From NCBI GenBank assembly GCA_964234715.1, contig OZ174279.1: DNA of 64,000 bases; one strand, given 5' to 3'. This document shows positions 1-15,100 of this stretch, in pieces (position 1 is the stretch's first letter; each line of letters begins with the position of its first letter). The translations under genes and the position numbers were made by a program. This DNA is from Podarcis melisellensis (taxonomy: Eukaryota). The notes below the pieces were generated by a model. That model worked only from the letters and a program-made list of their open reading frames with translations, searched no databases and was not told the DNA's origin.

Positions 1-200
1 TTGGCTCCCGAACAAATTGGCTCCTGGACGATTGAAACCCGGAAGTGAGTGTTCTGGTTTCAAACATTCTGGGATTCCGTGGTTTCCGATTGGCTTCAGG
101 AGCTTCCTGCAGCCAATCAGAAGCTGCACTTTGGTTTCTGAACATTTTGGAAGTTGAACAGACTTCTGTAATGAATTCCGTTCGACTTCCAAGGTATGAC
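1..200. mobile_element. Tc1/mariner (Tigger-like) MITE fragment, truncated by the window start
   Basis: Ends in aattccgttcgacttccaaggtatgac, resembling the terminal repeat of squamate Tigger-like MITEs; internal agccaatc/gattggct inverted motifs. Confidence 0.5.
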
Positions 201-255
201 GCTATTGTTTTTGCCTAACATTGATGCCTCCTCCTATCTCTTAACTCCCAAATAG

Positions 256-3200
256 GGTGCCAGGTCCTGTGCTGATCAAGAAGTTCTCTGATACATCAAA
301 GGCCTTTATGGGGATCTTAGGCTCCCAAGCCTGTGGAGACTCCACCTCAGCCCTGCGCTGGGTAAGTGTTTCAGGAGAGGACTAACTGTGGGGCAGGAGG
401 GACATCTGGATATTGTGTGTGGGCAGCTGTTGTGGTTAATGGAATCCTTTATGTAGTGTGATGTGCCCTTGTGATTGTATTGTGAAATCCCTTTGAGATG
501 CTTCATGGGAAATAATGCAGAAATGAAATATAAATAAATAAAAAATGCATGTCCCGGTGTCAGGGGCCATTCTGCATAGCTTCTTGGTTTATTGCTTTTC
601 ACCCCACCACCCCGACAAGCAAGGTGTGTGGAGCAGTGCTGGGTTGAATGAATCCTGTTGATAGGCCCAAAGATAAAGGGCGTAGGTAGTGGTGTCAGAT
701 GCATCAGAAATTTTAAACTGAACCCCTGGCTTAAGGGCTCACTCGTGTATATGGAAGGATGTTTCTTGGCATAGTGATAGCACTCTATGGCCATTCTTAA
801 TCTGTCTCCTTTCAGGTGCTCTCCTGCCTAGCTACATTGCTGCGAAGACAGAACCTGGTAGCTTGGAATTACCCTGTGACGATGCAAGTTTTTCATGGCA
901 TTCTGAGCTTTACTGTCCATGTCAAGCCCAAGGTGAGTTCACATCACCTACCCTGCTCAGCACAAACCAGTCAGTTTCACTGCACTTGGCAGCATGCACC
1001 CCAACGCTGCCACAGTAACGTTCACTTTTGTTTCGTCTGTTAAACGTTTGTCCCACCTTTTCCATGTGGAATGCCCATGGGGGCTAACAATAAAGTGTAA
1101 TAAGAGATGTAGCCCATTTCCAGTATGTAACTGCTTGGAGTTGGGCATGAAGTACAGCCCAGCTCACCACCCTCTCTCCCTCCCCTTTCCTCGGTTGCAG
1201 GTTCGCAAGGCTGCTCAGCATGGCGTTTGCTCCATCCTGAGAGGTAGCGAATTCCTCTTTGGGGATGGGGCTCCCTCGCATCACCCAGCTGCATCTTCTG
1301 CTGCCAAGTTCTGCGTGCAAGAGATTGAGAAAGCTGGAGGTATTGGAGACGGGAGATTCATGAGTTGTGTTTTATTAATATTTGCAAGCTGCTCTGGGAC
1401 AAATCTCCCTGAAGGCTGGGCTGTGAGTTTTCTAATAATAGACTGTGTTGGAGAAGGTAGCAGTGCAAATCTCTTTGGTTTTCCAGGTGCCAAAGAGGCC
1501 ACAACCACTCTTCATGTACTCACTCTGCTCCGTGACTTGCTGCCCTGCCTGCCTGCCCCATCTGTCAAATCTTGCTGCGAGACCCTTCTTCGAGTTATGA
1601 CCCTCAGCCATGTGGTGAGCTTTCTTCTGTTGGTTAACAGTGGCTCTGTGGTGCTGCCTCTGCTCTGGCGATGCCAACACCGCCCAGTGGGGAGAGCCAA
1701 CATGCTTCAGTAAGAATGAAAGCATGAATAGTCTTTGTTTGTTACCAATAGGGGCTTGGTATGAATTACCTATGTACCTAAAGTCCCTCTTGAGGATGGG
1801 AAAAAATTGCCCTGTCACTTTAGGAGGTACACTCCATCACCATATTTGGCACACTGGCTTTTGTGGGGGAGCCAATGTATCTGGTGCTTTTAAAAGAACT
1901 TATTTTACACATCTTCTCTCCACCCCCAGCTAGTGACAGCATGTGCTATGAAAGCTTTCCACAGCCTCTTCGTTGCCCAGCCGCCCCCATCCTGCCTGCC
2001 AGCTGAACTCAATGCCCAGATCATCATGGTGAGTATTGTAAGAGTCAGACTAGATGAGTGGGAGGTGCATAACCAGCCCTGGGGGTTCAAATATTTAGTT
2101 ATTTCTTTTGGTACATATATATCCTACTTTTCAAGGCAAAAACCCTTCTCAAAGCAATTCACAAGCTAGTATCAATACAACTTTTAAACAATGCAGATTC
2201 AGTAAACAACCAATAACGCTATCTATTCTGCTTTACCAGGCCCTATATGACTATTTACCCAGTGAAAATGACCTGCAGCCTCTGCTGGCCTGGCTATCTG
2301 TCATGGAGCGGGCACATGTCAATCTGGCAAAGTAAGGAGGAGAGCAGTGGGGAAGATGGATGGGTGGTGTTGGGTCTACTCCCCAGCTGGTCCATAACAA
2401 AAGGTCTCTCCATTCTCTAGGCTGCAGTGGGATCTGTGCTGGGCTCACCTTTCCCGCCTCTTCAGTGCGGCAATGAACTGCTTCCTTTCTCCTCACACAC
2501 AGGTGGCGGCGGCTGCTGCTCAAACCCTAAAGGTACTGCCCCATCTTTTCTCCCAAGTGTACCATGTAGGGCTGTCAAGAATTGTGTGCTGCTGAAATAA
2601 AGATTTGTTTGGCATTTCAGTGAAAGTAAGCAGCCCCACTCTCCCCAAAAGTCCTGTTTGTGAATAGACACCTACAGAGAACCCGTGATGTAACAGGATA
2701 CTTGGACCTACAGCCATCTTGCTGCAAGCACTGATTGGCACTCACCGAAAGCCTGCTTAAAGCAGGCACCGGCTGTGCTGGTGGGGAACTCCTTAGCACA
2801 GTCCATCACTGCAGGCTTGCTGTATAGCCAGTCACCTGGCAGCACAAGTTTCTCTTGGCAAGGAATAACTGGAGCACTTTAATACTCCTGATTGTTTGGC
2901 ATCTATGTCACCATGTGGGTAAGAGGGCATGGTTTGAGGAAAACTGCCTTGTGGGCCCAATTGGGACACATGCTGGACTTTGCCCACCCCTGCTGTAAGG
3001 AGAGTGGGCTAGTGCTAAAGCTCTGTGTGTGTTTGTCTCTTGTTGTAGGTCTTGCTCAATGAATGTGTGGCCCCCCACATGGCAGAGCTGGGGCTGGTTT
3101 CCTCTGCCACCCCCTCTGGACCGGCTGCTCACGTCTGCAAGATGTTCAGGTAGAAGTGGCCCAGCGGGTTGAGGGAAAGAGGTCAGAATCCTGGTTTTGA

Positions 3201-5560
3201 AAGGCTGCGTGTTGAATAACTATTTGCTTTTCTCCTTGTAGGGCAGTGGAAGAGGGCTTGACATACCGATTCCATGCGGCATGGGCCTCCGTGTTGCAGG
3301 TTCTGAAGACTTTCTTTGAAGTGTGTGGGCATCAGTGCCATCTCGCCATGTGTAAGGTAAAGGGGTTTCTGTGGTGACAGCCCTGTTCCCTAAGAGACAA
3401 GAAGGGATCCCCATGGCAAAAGAACATTTGGACACTGAGGCCCTGCAAACTTCTGAGATGCATTGTTGCTAAACTTTTCTAGAGCTCTTAGGATCGTGAG
3501 CTGGAGATTCGTGGATGCATAAATGTGTGTTATATGGTGGATATAAAGAAGTCAGTGATAGGAGTCATTATAAGAGGGTAGGCTGTTTTATAACACATGC
3601 TTACTTGTGTGATGCTCTCTTTCGTTTTCTTTTTTCTGCAGTGCTTACAGTCCTTAGCTGACCTGCGTGGCTCCCCACACTTTCCTCACACTGTGCTGCT
3701 CGACCAGACTCTAGGGGCTGCAGTGACCGCTATGGGCCCCGAGGTGGTTCTACAGGCTGTGCCCCTAGATATTGATGGCACAGAGTGAGTATAGTCTCTG
3801 CCTTTCTGGGTTTCTGGTGTTTCTATACCTTCCCATAAGACAAGCCCAGCTGGATCAAGCCATCTAGTTCAACATCCTATTTTAACAGTGGCCATAGGCA
3901 GATTCAAATCGGATTTCGCTACCACCTGAATAGGATAGAAATGTGGCTGTCTGAATGGACATCTGCATCAGGGTTCATATGAAAAGAATAGTTGGGATCC
4001 CATACTCTTCCATTAATTAGGAATACTGTTGCATGTTGCAAACTCTTGTTTAGAAGGGGTTAGCAAAATCACATTTGAATCTGCCTTTGCCATTTAGTTG
4101 GATGCTCCAAGACCAGAAATTCTTGGACAGGATTGTAGGCTGAGCTGGGTGTTTACTACTTGGGGCTTTCACACCTCCACTATCTTACGGCATTGTTGTA
4201 GCTGAAAGTACTCACAAAGGTACATTGGCACCAAAATCCAACATACCCAGGTACATTGCTTCCCCAATCCTCTTAATTTTGTCATTTGTTCTTTCTTCTG
4301 CTTCCTCCACAAGGGAGACACTGGATTTCCCCCGTAGCTGGCTCCTTCCTGTACTCCGAGACAGTATCCGAGATGCACCCCTTGCCTTCTTCTCCAGTTA
4401 CTTCCTGCCACTGGCTGCCACTCTAAAGCACAGAGGTAACTGACAGTGTAGATGGGCAAGACCATGAGCACATACCAGCAGACCTGAGTGTTGGACCTTG
4501 AAAGAGCACAACAACAGCTCCATCTCTAGGGTTTAAGATTGCAGTAGAGCTGTGGTACATTCCGCCTGGAGAATCCATCAGAAAATCTACCATACTAGAC
4601 ATCCCAAAACAAAATCCAGCTTCTAATGAGATTTCCCCTACCCTTCAGCAAGTACCAGATTTGGGGTATTTGGGCATACAGAGTGAAAAAAATACAGATG
4701 TTAAAGCTCCACATTTGAAGTCTCTGTCTTGGGATTTAGTTATAGTTGATTGCTGCATACCAGTACTGTTTGCATTCAGCAAGCAGAAATTCATCCTTTG
4801 GGTCTGCACCAATTGTGGCTTTGGATACGGGTTAGATCTGCACAAATATATGGGTTATCTATTGTATGGAGTGCATCATGACAGCAGTTGCCTGTTAATT
4901 TCATGAGATTTTGTATAATGTGCAAACTCCAGGTGTCCTACAGGCAGAGTGCATTGATTTCCCCCTTAGGTTAACTTCTTCATATATACTAAGCTACAGT
5001 CACAGACCTCTCTCTTTCCTTTCTCCAGCCACAGAGCTTGACGAGGCTAAACGGAACTTAGAAGCCAAGATCTACGATACACTGCAGTGGCAGGTGAGGC
5101 AGCACCTCAACAGTTTTGCTTTGCGTGTTTTATGCATTTAGGACTGGGACCCTGTGATTAAAAGGTTTGGAGAGTAACTGTGGTTTGTAACAATGCCCCT
5201 TTCTCTGTCTTTCAGATCTGGACCCTTCTGCCTGGTTTCTGCAGCCAGCCTACCGATGTGGTATCCTCCTTCAAAGGACTGGCACGTACTTTGGGCATGG
5301 CCATCAGCGATCGCCCTGATCTGCGGCTCGTTGTGTGCCAAGCTTTGCGCAGGCTAATTAACAAAGGCTGTCAAACAGGTAAGATCTGTCTGTGGAAGTG
5401 ACCCTTGCTCAGTTTACTCTAGCCAAGTCACTGTGGCTGGAGCTGTTTCTGTGCTAGTTCTGCTTCTTGCTGAGGATGCAAGAGTGGCGAAAGAGGGGTA
5501 GAGAGCCTGGCAGGAGTCTTCTGCCGATTCCAACATTTTGAAGCATGCTTCACCAGCATC

Positions 5561-5625
<65 letters not shown>

Positions 5626-6105
5626 TCCATCCATTCTCTATATTTGCTTCTCTTTGCAGAGGCCGAGCGTGCTGAAGTTGGGCGTTTTGCAAAGAACTTC
5701 CTGCCCATTCTATTCAATGCCTATAGCCAGGAGGGTGGTGTCAGCGAAAGCCCCGTACAGCGGCGTTCTGTGTTGGACACTATAAGGGCCTACTTGACTG
5801 TGACGGAGCCAGGGGTGAGCAAAGCTCTGTGAACAAGACCAGACTTCTGAGATCATCACCACTTGCTTTGTCATTCCACCTTTCCTCTAGAAAGTGGGAA
5901 GCCAGCAGGGTTACTAGTTTCCAAATTCTCAAGACTTGGTTTTCAGGGCTTATTTTAAACTTTTTAAAATATTGTGTTTTAATTGTTGTAACCTGCCCTG
6001 GGACCTTGGAATGAAGGGTGAGTAATAGATTGTAATAGCAATATCATTCACCTCATGTGGGCCAGCTCTATAAGTGAACAACGTTGCTAGGAATAATACT
6101 ACTAC

Positions 6106-6141
<36 letters not shown>

Positions 6142-9100
6142 TAAAATAAACAATAATAATTTGTATGCCGTCCATCTGACTGGGGTGCCCCAGCCACTCT
6201 GGACAGCTTCCAACAAATTATAAAACCACAGTAAAACATCAATCCTTAAAAACTTCCCTATACTTGGCTGCTTTCAAATGTCTTCTAAAAGTCAAATAGT
6301 TGTTTATTTCCTTGATATCTGATGAGAGGGTATTCTACAGGGCTGGCACCACTACCAAGAAGGCCCTCTGTTGGTTCCCTGAAACTTCACTTCTTGCAGG
6401 GAGGGAACTGCCAGAAGGCCCTCGAAGCTGGACCTCGGACAAGGGCCATTCTCCTTATTTTAGCCTCTTAATATAATTAATATATTTTTGTAGTGATAAA
6501 ACAGGATGGATCGATGGGCAACAGTCTATACACATAAAATACATTTTCTTTTTCTGTTGTAAGTCCCACATATTAATATAAAAGCAGATGGGTGGATGTG
6601 CAGAACACTGACTATCAGCTCAAAATGAAAAGCCCTTTGCTAGAAAGGCTTCTCATCTGCCGCTTTGGAATGTTCACTCTTCAAGGTCATAGCAGAGAAC
6701 TGAAAGACTGCAGTGTTTGCTAGTATGGCTTCCAAAAGCACAAATCAAAATATTGTTTAACCCTGAAGTGTTCACGCAGGAGGTTTTATAGTTGAGTTCT
6801 CGTAGGCCTTGTCAGATCCAATATGGTTGCACTTCTTGCTTCAGACCAACTGGATACAAGCTGGTCACATCTCTAAGGTCTGCCAGTGCTAGGAGAGAGA
6901 GAGGGGCAGGTGTCTGTAGCTGGGTGGATCTCAAACATGGGGGGGAGGCCTTTCCCCATTAGGGCTAGGAGAATGGGGCTCTGACTGCTGACACCTACAA
7001 AAACTGAGGGTGCTCAGTTCAGTGGTTTGTGTTGGGGCAGGGTGCTACTGTTATTGATACTGATTTTTTTTGTATCCTTTTAAAGATTTTATAATAGCAT
7101 TTATGTGGAAATTGTTCAATTTGTGTACTTTTTGATGTTTTATTTATTGTTTATGACTGCGTTTGGTTATGTTTGTAATTATGTGTTTTCCCATGCTGTG
7201 AGCTGCCTTGCGCATGTTTTGAACTATGGAAAGACAGCATACAAATATAACAATGTATGTGTGGTGCAAAAGGAAAGCTCTGGGGATGACACTCTCTTTG
7301 TCTCTATTGCAGATGGTGCATGCTTTCCTAGAGAAAGCTAGTGAAAAACTGACCAGCTCTGATAGTTCAGAGTTCACTAGGTAAGGACACCCCAGAGTTT
7401 GGATCCTTCTTTTTCCATACAGTGGAGAAGAGCATCCTCAGATGGGTTACCCACTTTTCTGTTACATAAAGGTAAAGGGACCCCTGACCATTAGGTCCAG
7501 TCGTGAGTAATTCTGGGGTTGTGGCACTCATCTCGCTTTATTGGCCGAGGGAGCCGGCGTACAGCTTCCGGGTCATGTGGCCAGCATGACTAAGCCGCTT
7601 CTGGCGAACCAGAGCAGCACACGGAATCACCGTTTACCTTCCCGCCGGAGTGGTACCTATTTATCTACTTGCACTTTGACGTGCTTTCGAACTGCTAGGT
7701 GGGCAGGAGCTGGGACCGATCAATGGGAGCTCACCCTGTCACGGGGATTCAAACTGCCAACCTTCTGATCAGCAAGTCCTAGGCTCAGTGGTTTAACCCT
7801 ATGTGCATAGGCCTATGTAAATCAGTATTGTTTTCATCTTTCTGTGGAGTAAGCCCCTCTCTGCCCCACTCCTGTTAAGCTCCAGAGCACCTCATTGGAG
7901 GCCTGACTTTTTCCTCTGTTCCTCCCAGGTGCTCCCCTCTCCCTGCAAGTCAGAGAAGGCAGAGAGAGTGGGATGCACCTGGCCCTAGTAATTGTGGAAT
8001 CTGGTAGGTTTGCATTAATAAGTGGTTGGCTTTGTACTATTCCCAGGGAGAAGCAGAGTCCTAAAGATTAGCTTTTGTGTTCACGCTTGCTAACTGTGCC
8101 TTCCCTGTTGCAGGCTTTCTGTGTTGGACCTTGTTGTAGCCATGGCCCCTTATGCAGATGAGCCATCTCTGCATGATCTATATAGCACCATCCAATCCTC
8201 CTTACAGGTGAGCTGCCTTTCAGTTGGCTGTTGGAGTGTATGCTGTGGCACATTGCAAGCTCCAGGGCTGCTAGCTTTGACCACCATGATCCCTGCTCTT
8301 CCTAAGAGTGCCATATTGACATCCTTAAAATCAGTTTAGCTATTACATTTAGGGAAACAGTGTCTTAATCTGTTCAGAAGGAGGCTGCAGAGTTGTTTGA
8401 CCTTATCCATATTACTTGGCTTCTGCTCCCAAAGTTGTGTGGAATCAGTAGGGCATGTTTGTCTATGATCCATTGCTATCCTGGTCAGGCATAATCAGAT
8501 AATAACCTAGCTGTCTGCTTTGGGCAACCCTATGGTCTTTGTTTCATGTTGAGTGCCTATCCTTGCATCTTCTTGGCCACAGGGGTAACCTCCTAGGTGT
8601 TTTCCCAGCTGTGTGGGAGCTGCTTATCCTTGAACATTTTCTGTGTAGCAAAGAGAATGTTCAGATGATCCAACTGATGCTGATTCTGTGCAAAAGACTC
8701 ATGTAATTGTCCCTCACATTCCATACGCTTGTGACATTTAAACAGTCTCTTAACCACATGGAAACCACTGACAGATATTCAGCTCCTATGCAACTAAAAT
8801 ATCTAAATAGTTGGTCCTCAGGTCCCTTCTAACTTTGTAATTCTATGATTCTATAGATGTGGCCTCTACCTGGTTTCTGGAATACTCTTCCCCCAACTTC
8901 CATATTGTGCAGGCTGAGAGCCTCTGTTCTTGTGTGCATGCAGTTTGTTTGTGCTAACTAATTTGTCTGGTATAATCATCCTAGAACAAAGACCACAGGA
9001 TACAGAAGAAGGCTTATCGGGTGCTGGAGGAAATATGTGCCTCTGACAGGCCTGCCTGTCAAAACTTTGTTAGAAGTCATCTGGAGGAGTTACAGAGTGC

Positions 9101-12100
9101 CCTGCTAGGCTCTTTGCCCAGTGCCACTTCACCTGCCAAGAGGGTAAGGAAGGTGTCTGGGGAGAAGACACTTGTTGCTTTCCCCCCTGTGGTGGGTAGG
9201 GTGCTGAAGCACGGGTGGTGATAGAAATAAGAGATCGCTGTCCCTGCCTGTCTCTAACTCCACACTCCCATTCTTTGTTCCCAGCCCCGTTTGAAGTGCC
9301 TATTCCATGTTGTCAAGCAGCTCGCAGTGGAGCATGAGGACTTCGTTACTGCCCTGGTGCCAGAGGTGAGCAGAAAAGGCAGTGGCAGGCAAGGAATGGG
9401 GAAAGTAGGTGGGCATTTGTGCCCGCAGAAGATGGGGAGAAATAGTACTTCTGGGGCTAGAGGTGGGAGCATGCACGGAGCTAAATCTTCATCTCCAAAC
9501 AGAGCCAAGTTATGGTACAAGTTCCACTATATTCTGAATCCCCACATCTTTCTGGCCCATAAATGGAATTTTATCCTCTCCTACCTGCTGCAAACAAACT
9601 CAAGCCCTTTGGCAAGTGTAGCTATGCAGCATGGAAATCTTCTCTCATTCCTTGCTTGCCTTGTTTCTTTTGCATTACAAACATCTTGTTCTCATGCTGT
9701 GAATAAGCTGTTGTAATTCAGAATTAGGAATTTTGCTTCTCCTACCGTGCGATGAGGGAATAAATATATTCTCCCATCTGTGGAGGATGATACCCTGTAG
9801 TGGGTTGCTGCTCCCACTTCCTCCGACAGGCAGGGCTTATGCAGTTTTGTCTTAGTCCCTGACAGTTGAAAGTTACTGCCAGTTTCTGACCTGCCTGCTC
9901 TGCAGTGCTCCATCTTCAACGAACTAGAAATGTTTTCTCTCTCCTTGAATCTGGATTAGATAGCTACTGCCTTTGTGAAATCCTCAGAAGAAGAAGTTCC
10001 CTACTGCTGAAAGTGTTTTGTCTGTTGTCACACATTTAAAAAGATTATAGGTCAACTTGATGACTGTAGTTTTTGTGCTTGGGAAAGTCATAGATTGGCT
10101 GGAGCTCTGATTTGGTAATACATTTTAGACCAATGGCTTATATTTCAGTTCTCTCTGAAAGCTGATGCTGATAATACAGTGCTGTTGAAAACTGGGAGGC
10201 AGAGGTGGTATGGGGTGATGACAGGTACCTTTGTATTTAGGTCATACTCTGCACCAAGGAGGTGTCAGTGGGTGCCCGCAAGAACGCTTACAACTTGCTT
10301 GTAGAGATTGGTCATGCTTTCCTGCGCTTTGGCCCGACACCAAACGGTGAGTCCTGGTTTGGCCACATTGGGCTGTTACCAAAAAGAGATGGACTTTTCT
10401 GCCCTGTGTCAAATGCTGTGTTGGCTCCTATGTATACCCCTTCTATTTTTGACTACCTTACATTGCTTTCCATCTCTGCTTCATTTATTCCAGTAATTTT
10501 ACTCAACTCTCCTCTTATCACTGGTCCATATAACCTCTTCTGAGTTTTGCCAAATTAGCCAAATTTTGCATTTAATTGCTGAATTGAGACCTGGATGAAC
10601 TTTGTGCAAACTGAAAATCTCTACATATTGATTTTTTTGTGTAATTCTGTTTAGCAAAGGGCAATCTATGCAGGGTACTGAAGTCTAACCACCTGACTAC
10701 TAGAAATCCTCCTTAATCTCCTGTTTCAGAGATCTCATCAGGCAATGCCTACACATTTTTCAGATTATCCTTGAATCATAAGTACTAGAATTTTAAATTT
10801 GGCATCTGATATTAAATTCCACACTAATTAAAGAAATGCAGGATTCACTTAGCCCAGCCTGAGGCTTTGAATATGCCAGTCTTCCACCCTTGGACTGTAT
10901 AAAGGAGAACATATTTAACATTTCAGATTGGTTCCTGCTTTCAGAAGAAAGGTTTTCAGTAGTCAGAACATGGGGGCTTTTCTGTCCTTCCTAATTCAGT
11001 ATCTTATAACTGTTGCCTATTGCCTGTTCCCTTCCCAATGTTGCCTATCTACTATTGATATCTGCACTCTTGTCTTTTTGGTCTCTGATATTCCAGCTAA
11101 CTCAGAGACCTGGATGTTAGCATTGTCTCCATAGTGCCTGGGTTCCACTTTTGAAAACCTTTCCTTCACATTGGGTTTTCTGCATCATTGTAGGCATTTT
11201 CTGGGGGAGCCTCTTCAGCCCCAATCCCACTTGTGTTGGTATAGTTGGTATCTTACTTTTAGCAGTTTCAGTGCAATAACCCCCAGCATTTATTCCCTCC
11301 AGATGGAATGCAGCGTTATCTCCTCCTGGTTTATGCGGGCTTGACCGGTTCAGTCACCATGATCAGTTGTACGGTGCTTGCTCTTGCCCGTTTGCTCTTT
11401 GAGTTCAAAGGTGAGAGATCTGAATGCCAAAAACTTGCTGGATAATGCTTATACCCCCAGTAGTTTAGTACAGAATTCTCCTGCAATTGGCAGACACCAA
11501 AAGTTGGGAGGCACCAAACAGAGTTTGGAGACTATTTGAACTGAGCTTATTGCATGGATGCTAATGAATATGTCTAAGGGTAACATGAATGGCTGTATTC
11601 ACTATCCTGAGCAGAGAGCTTTGTGCCCTTGGGGCTCCAAGCACCACACAGTTGTAAGCACTGTGAGGCCTGTGCTGGGTTGCTGGTCAGTAGAAAACCT
11701 GCTGAAAGTAATCTGAGCCCTGTGTTGTCTGCCGCTCAAAAGAATCTGAAGAATTGAAGTATGTCTAAGATTAGCTTTAATCTACTGCAGAACACGTTGG
11801 GTCAGATGCCCTGGAGCAGCTCATGCAGCATGTCTGCCTCATGGTAGGCTCACGGACACGGGATGTCGTCAAGTCAGCTTTGGGCTTCCTCAAGGTCGCT
11901 CTCTTGCTCCTGGATACGGCACTGTTGAGTCGGCACTTGGAGACCATGGTGAGAAGAGGGAACACACTAGGGCAGCCTGTAGGAAGGAAGGTTCTGGGAA
12001 TAAGAGTAGCTTAGTTTGCGTAACTTAAAGGGAGTGACGCAGAAAGGTGCCTGAATTGTTGGAACCTATTTCTGCCCGTTGTCTTGCCTAGTTCCTGACT

Positions 12101-15100
12101 CAAGAGTTCATGGGTATATATTGGAATTAATGATCCACTCTTTCCCCAGCTTTGGTGAGGTGTTGTCCCACTTATTGTGCTGTTGGGAAGCAGTAGAAGC
12201 CCAGGGAGGGGGGCAGGTTTGCACACATGGATGAGAGAGAGAACCAAGGGAATTTATTTCATGAAAGGTGTGGTTGGGGGGGGGGCATCAAAATTCTAAA
12301 GCTTATGCTCTGCTTACAGTTAGAAGCCATAGGAGGATTGACAGACGACATGAGACGCCATTTCCGCATGAAGCTACGAAACCTCCTCTCTAAAATGATC
12401 CGCAAATTTGGGTAAGTTCTGGGGTTAGAGGGAGGACCGGGGAGATCCTGTGGCGTGATGCTCAGGAAGGAAAAGTTCTAAGATCTATATCACATTGCTC
12501 ATACACTGCTCACTCCAAAGCACTTGCTTCCTAGATGTGCTTGTCTTGAACTGTGCCATCCTGGATACAGCTTCATGCACACAAAACCTTGAGAGTGATG
12601 ACCAAGCACTTGAGAGTAGTCCAGATGTTGCTGGACTCCAACTGACATTAGCTCTAACCAATATGGCCAAGGGTCTGGGATTAACTGGAATTTTAGTTCC
12701 AACAGTTGGAAGGCCACAGGTTAAGCTCTGGTCTAATGCCTGTCTGACTTCTATGACTGGTAGTGGGGGATACGCGAGAGACTGGTTTCTGTGACACTGG
12801 TCTTCCGTCTTTACTTCCCAGGTTTGAGCCATTGCAGGCTTTGCTTCCTGAGTCGTATCGCAAGGTGCTGTTGAATATCCGCAAGGCTGAGGCAAGGAAC
12901 CGCAAGCGGCAAGCTGTGAAACGGGCAGCAGCCACTTCTGTAGAAGAAGGAGGACCATCGCAAAGACTCGTGGGGGAGAGGTATTGATGTAGTGCTGGTC
13001 TTGTCTTCATGTCATGCCATTGTTGAACCTAAAAGCTACAGTGTTTTAAGGCTAGAGCAGGAGGGGTGTCTGCCATGGCAAGTGCGTTAGAAGGTGAAGT
13101 GCTCTTTATGTTCCTCTGCACCCTCAGTAAGTACTACTTGCATTGCCTCTTGCCTTCTTGTTTACAGTATGGAGGAGGTCCTGGCAGACTCGGACTCTGA
13201 TCTTGAAGATGACATCAAGCAGCACAAAGGAAAAGAAACCAGGAAAGTGCTACGGCAACAAAGCCAGGCTTGGCTTAAGGAGGGAGAAGGCGATGAGCCC
13301 CTCAACTTCTTGGACCCTAATGTGGCCCAAAGGGTTCTGGGTAAGGAGCAGTTTGACAGTGGCACAATCTGCCTTTTCAGTTTGGGGAAAGTGGGAGATC
13401 ATTTATGCTGAGATAAAGGGGCTGTCCTATCTCCTTGTAAGTCTTTTGTGATCTTCTTTTATGCAGCTACCAAACCAGGCACGGGCCAGGCTGCTAAAAT
13501 CAGCCATGACTTCAAGGTATCAGCTGATGGCCGTCTCATTATATGTGAAGAGGAGGAGGAGGAAGAAGAAGGGGCTAAAGGTACTGGTGGATGGTCTAAT
13601 GTATTCAGCTGAAAACTGGCCATCAGTGGTCTACAAACTATGACTGGGCTTGGTATCCAAGCAATAGTTTATGTTAACCAGCTGTGAAGTCCAGTTCCAC
13701 TATGATAGTATCAATATTGTATACGTTTTTTGATCCCGATACTGTTTGATGGAATTGTTTGAAGTTAGATAACTTGGGCTTCATGTAGGCTGGTGAACAT
13801 GTGATTTATTTGTTTTACTTTCAACATGTGATTCACTCCAGGGCTTTTGACACTTTTAGCCCTTTCAAATTAAGACCGTTCACTGTCTTCACATAAAATT
13901 ATAATGTGCTTAAACATGTATTTACTTCAAACTATTTTTATACTGCCCTTCCATTAAAATAATTAAATAATTATGATGTAATAATATAATAATTTACTGG
14001 AAACATAAAGCAGTCCAGTAAAACATACAATACAATGTAGGTGCCACCACAGAGAAAGCACTCTTCCATGTAATGGAAGTTAGTGCCGTAGGATGGAGTT
14101 AGTGCCAAATGGAGTTGGTGCCTTAGGATGCAACACAAATCAGCAGCACCTCCTCCAAATATCTTAGGGAACATCTAAAATATGTTGCTCAGGGCTTACC
14201 AGCTGTTAAATGTTAACATAACTTACATTGTTTCCTGGTAATAAAAAACAGCAACCAAAATGTGTGTGGATTATTACAAAAATGAAGCACAAAGAGTGTT
14301 CTGGTGTGCTTGTGGCATGATTGCAGTCCTGTCCATACCCTTCTGGGAGTAAGCTCCTTTGAACACTTTGGTGTTTGCTTCTGATTAAAGTTTTATCAGT
14401 TCAATGTGTAAAAACATATTGAACAGCTGAAATGCATACTTTTAACTATAAATGCAAAAGATTTTACAAAGATGTTTTATGTATTGTTCTCGCGCTGATT
14501 TTTGTTCTCTGTTACAGGAGTGGATGAAGAGATGGCAGATCTTATGCAGGAAGTCGGGATCCGAAGTGTAAGTACTGAGAGACGGGCAGGAGGGGGGGGG
14601 GAATAGGAATTTCAAGCATTTTCTTTAAAGGCCCACACAGTTGCCAAGGTGACTTGCTTGCTGAAATCAAAGGGGAACTGAGCTTGACTGTCAAATACAG
14701 TTCTTGTTACCAAGCAGATAATGCAGGAAAGGGAGACGGCCTTGGAAACCCTAGTGAGAAGCCTAATTCATGTAGCAAGTGCTGATGCTTGGAAATTCTG
14801 TTGCAGAAAAAGGCTCAGAAGCGCAGATTCCGGGAAGAAGCAGATGATGAGGAGCTGGGCACTGATGCAAAACCACAGTATAAGGGTAAGTGCTTTTTTT
14901 CTGGGCTGGTGGTGTGGACTTAGCTGCCTTATCACATTGGATACATATCCCTGTAATAGGGAAGGGAAAGAGAATGAGATGCTGCTGCTTAAGGTTATTT
15001 ATATACCACCATCTCAGAAAATTTTAGGATGGTATACAATGAAATGTTTACATAAGACACCATTAAAAAGAGTACAAAATAATCATTTCAAGCAGCTGTA

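Noticed and set aside
5414-5692. KERK-repeat ORFs, and the poly-Ile/poly-Leu ORFs at 17937 and 5950
   Set aside because: They are translations of microsatellites.
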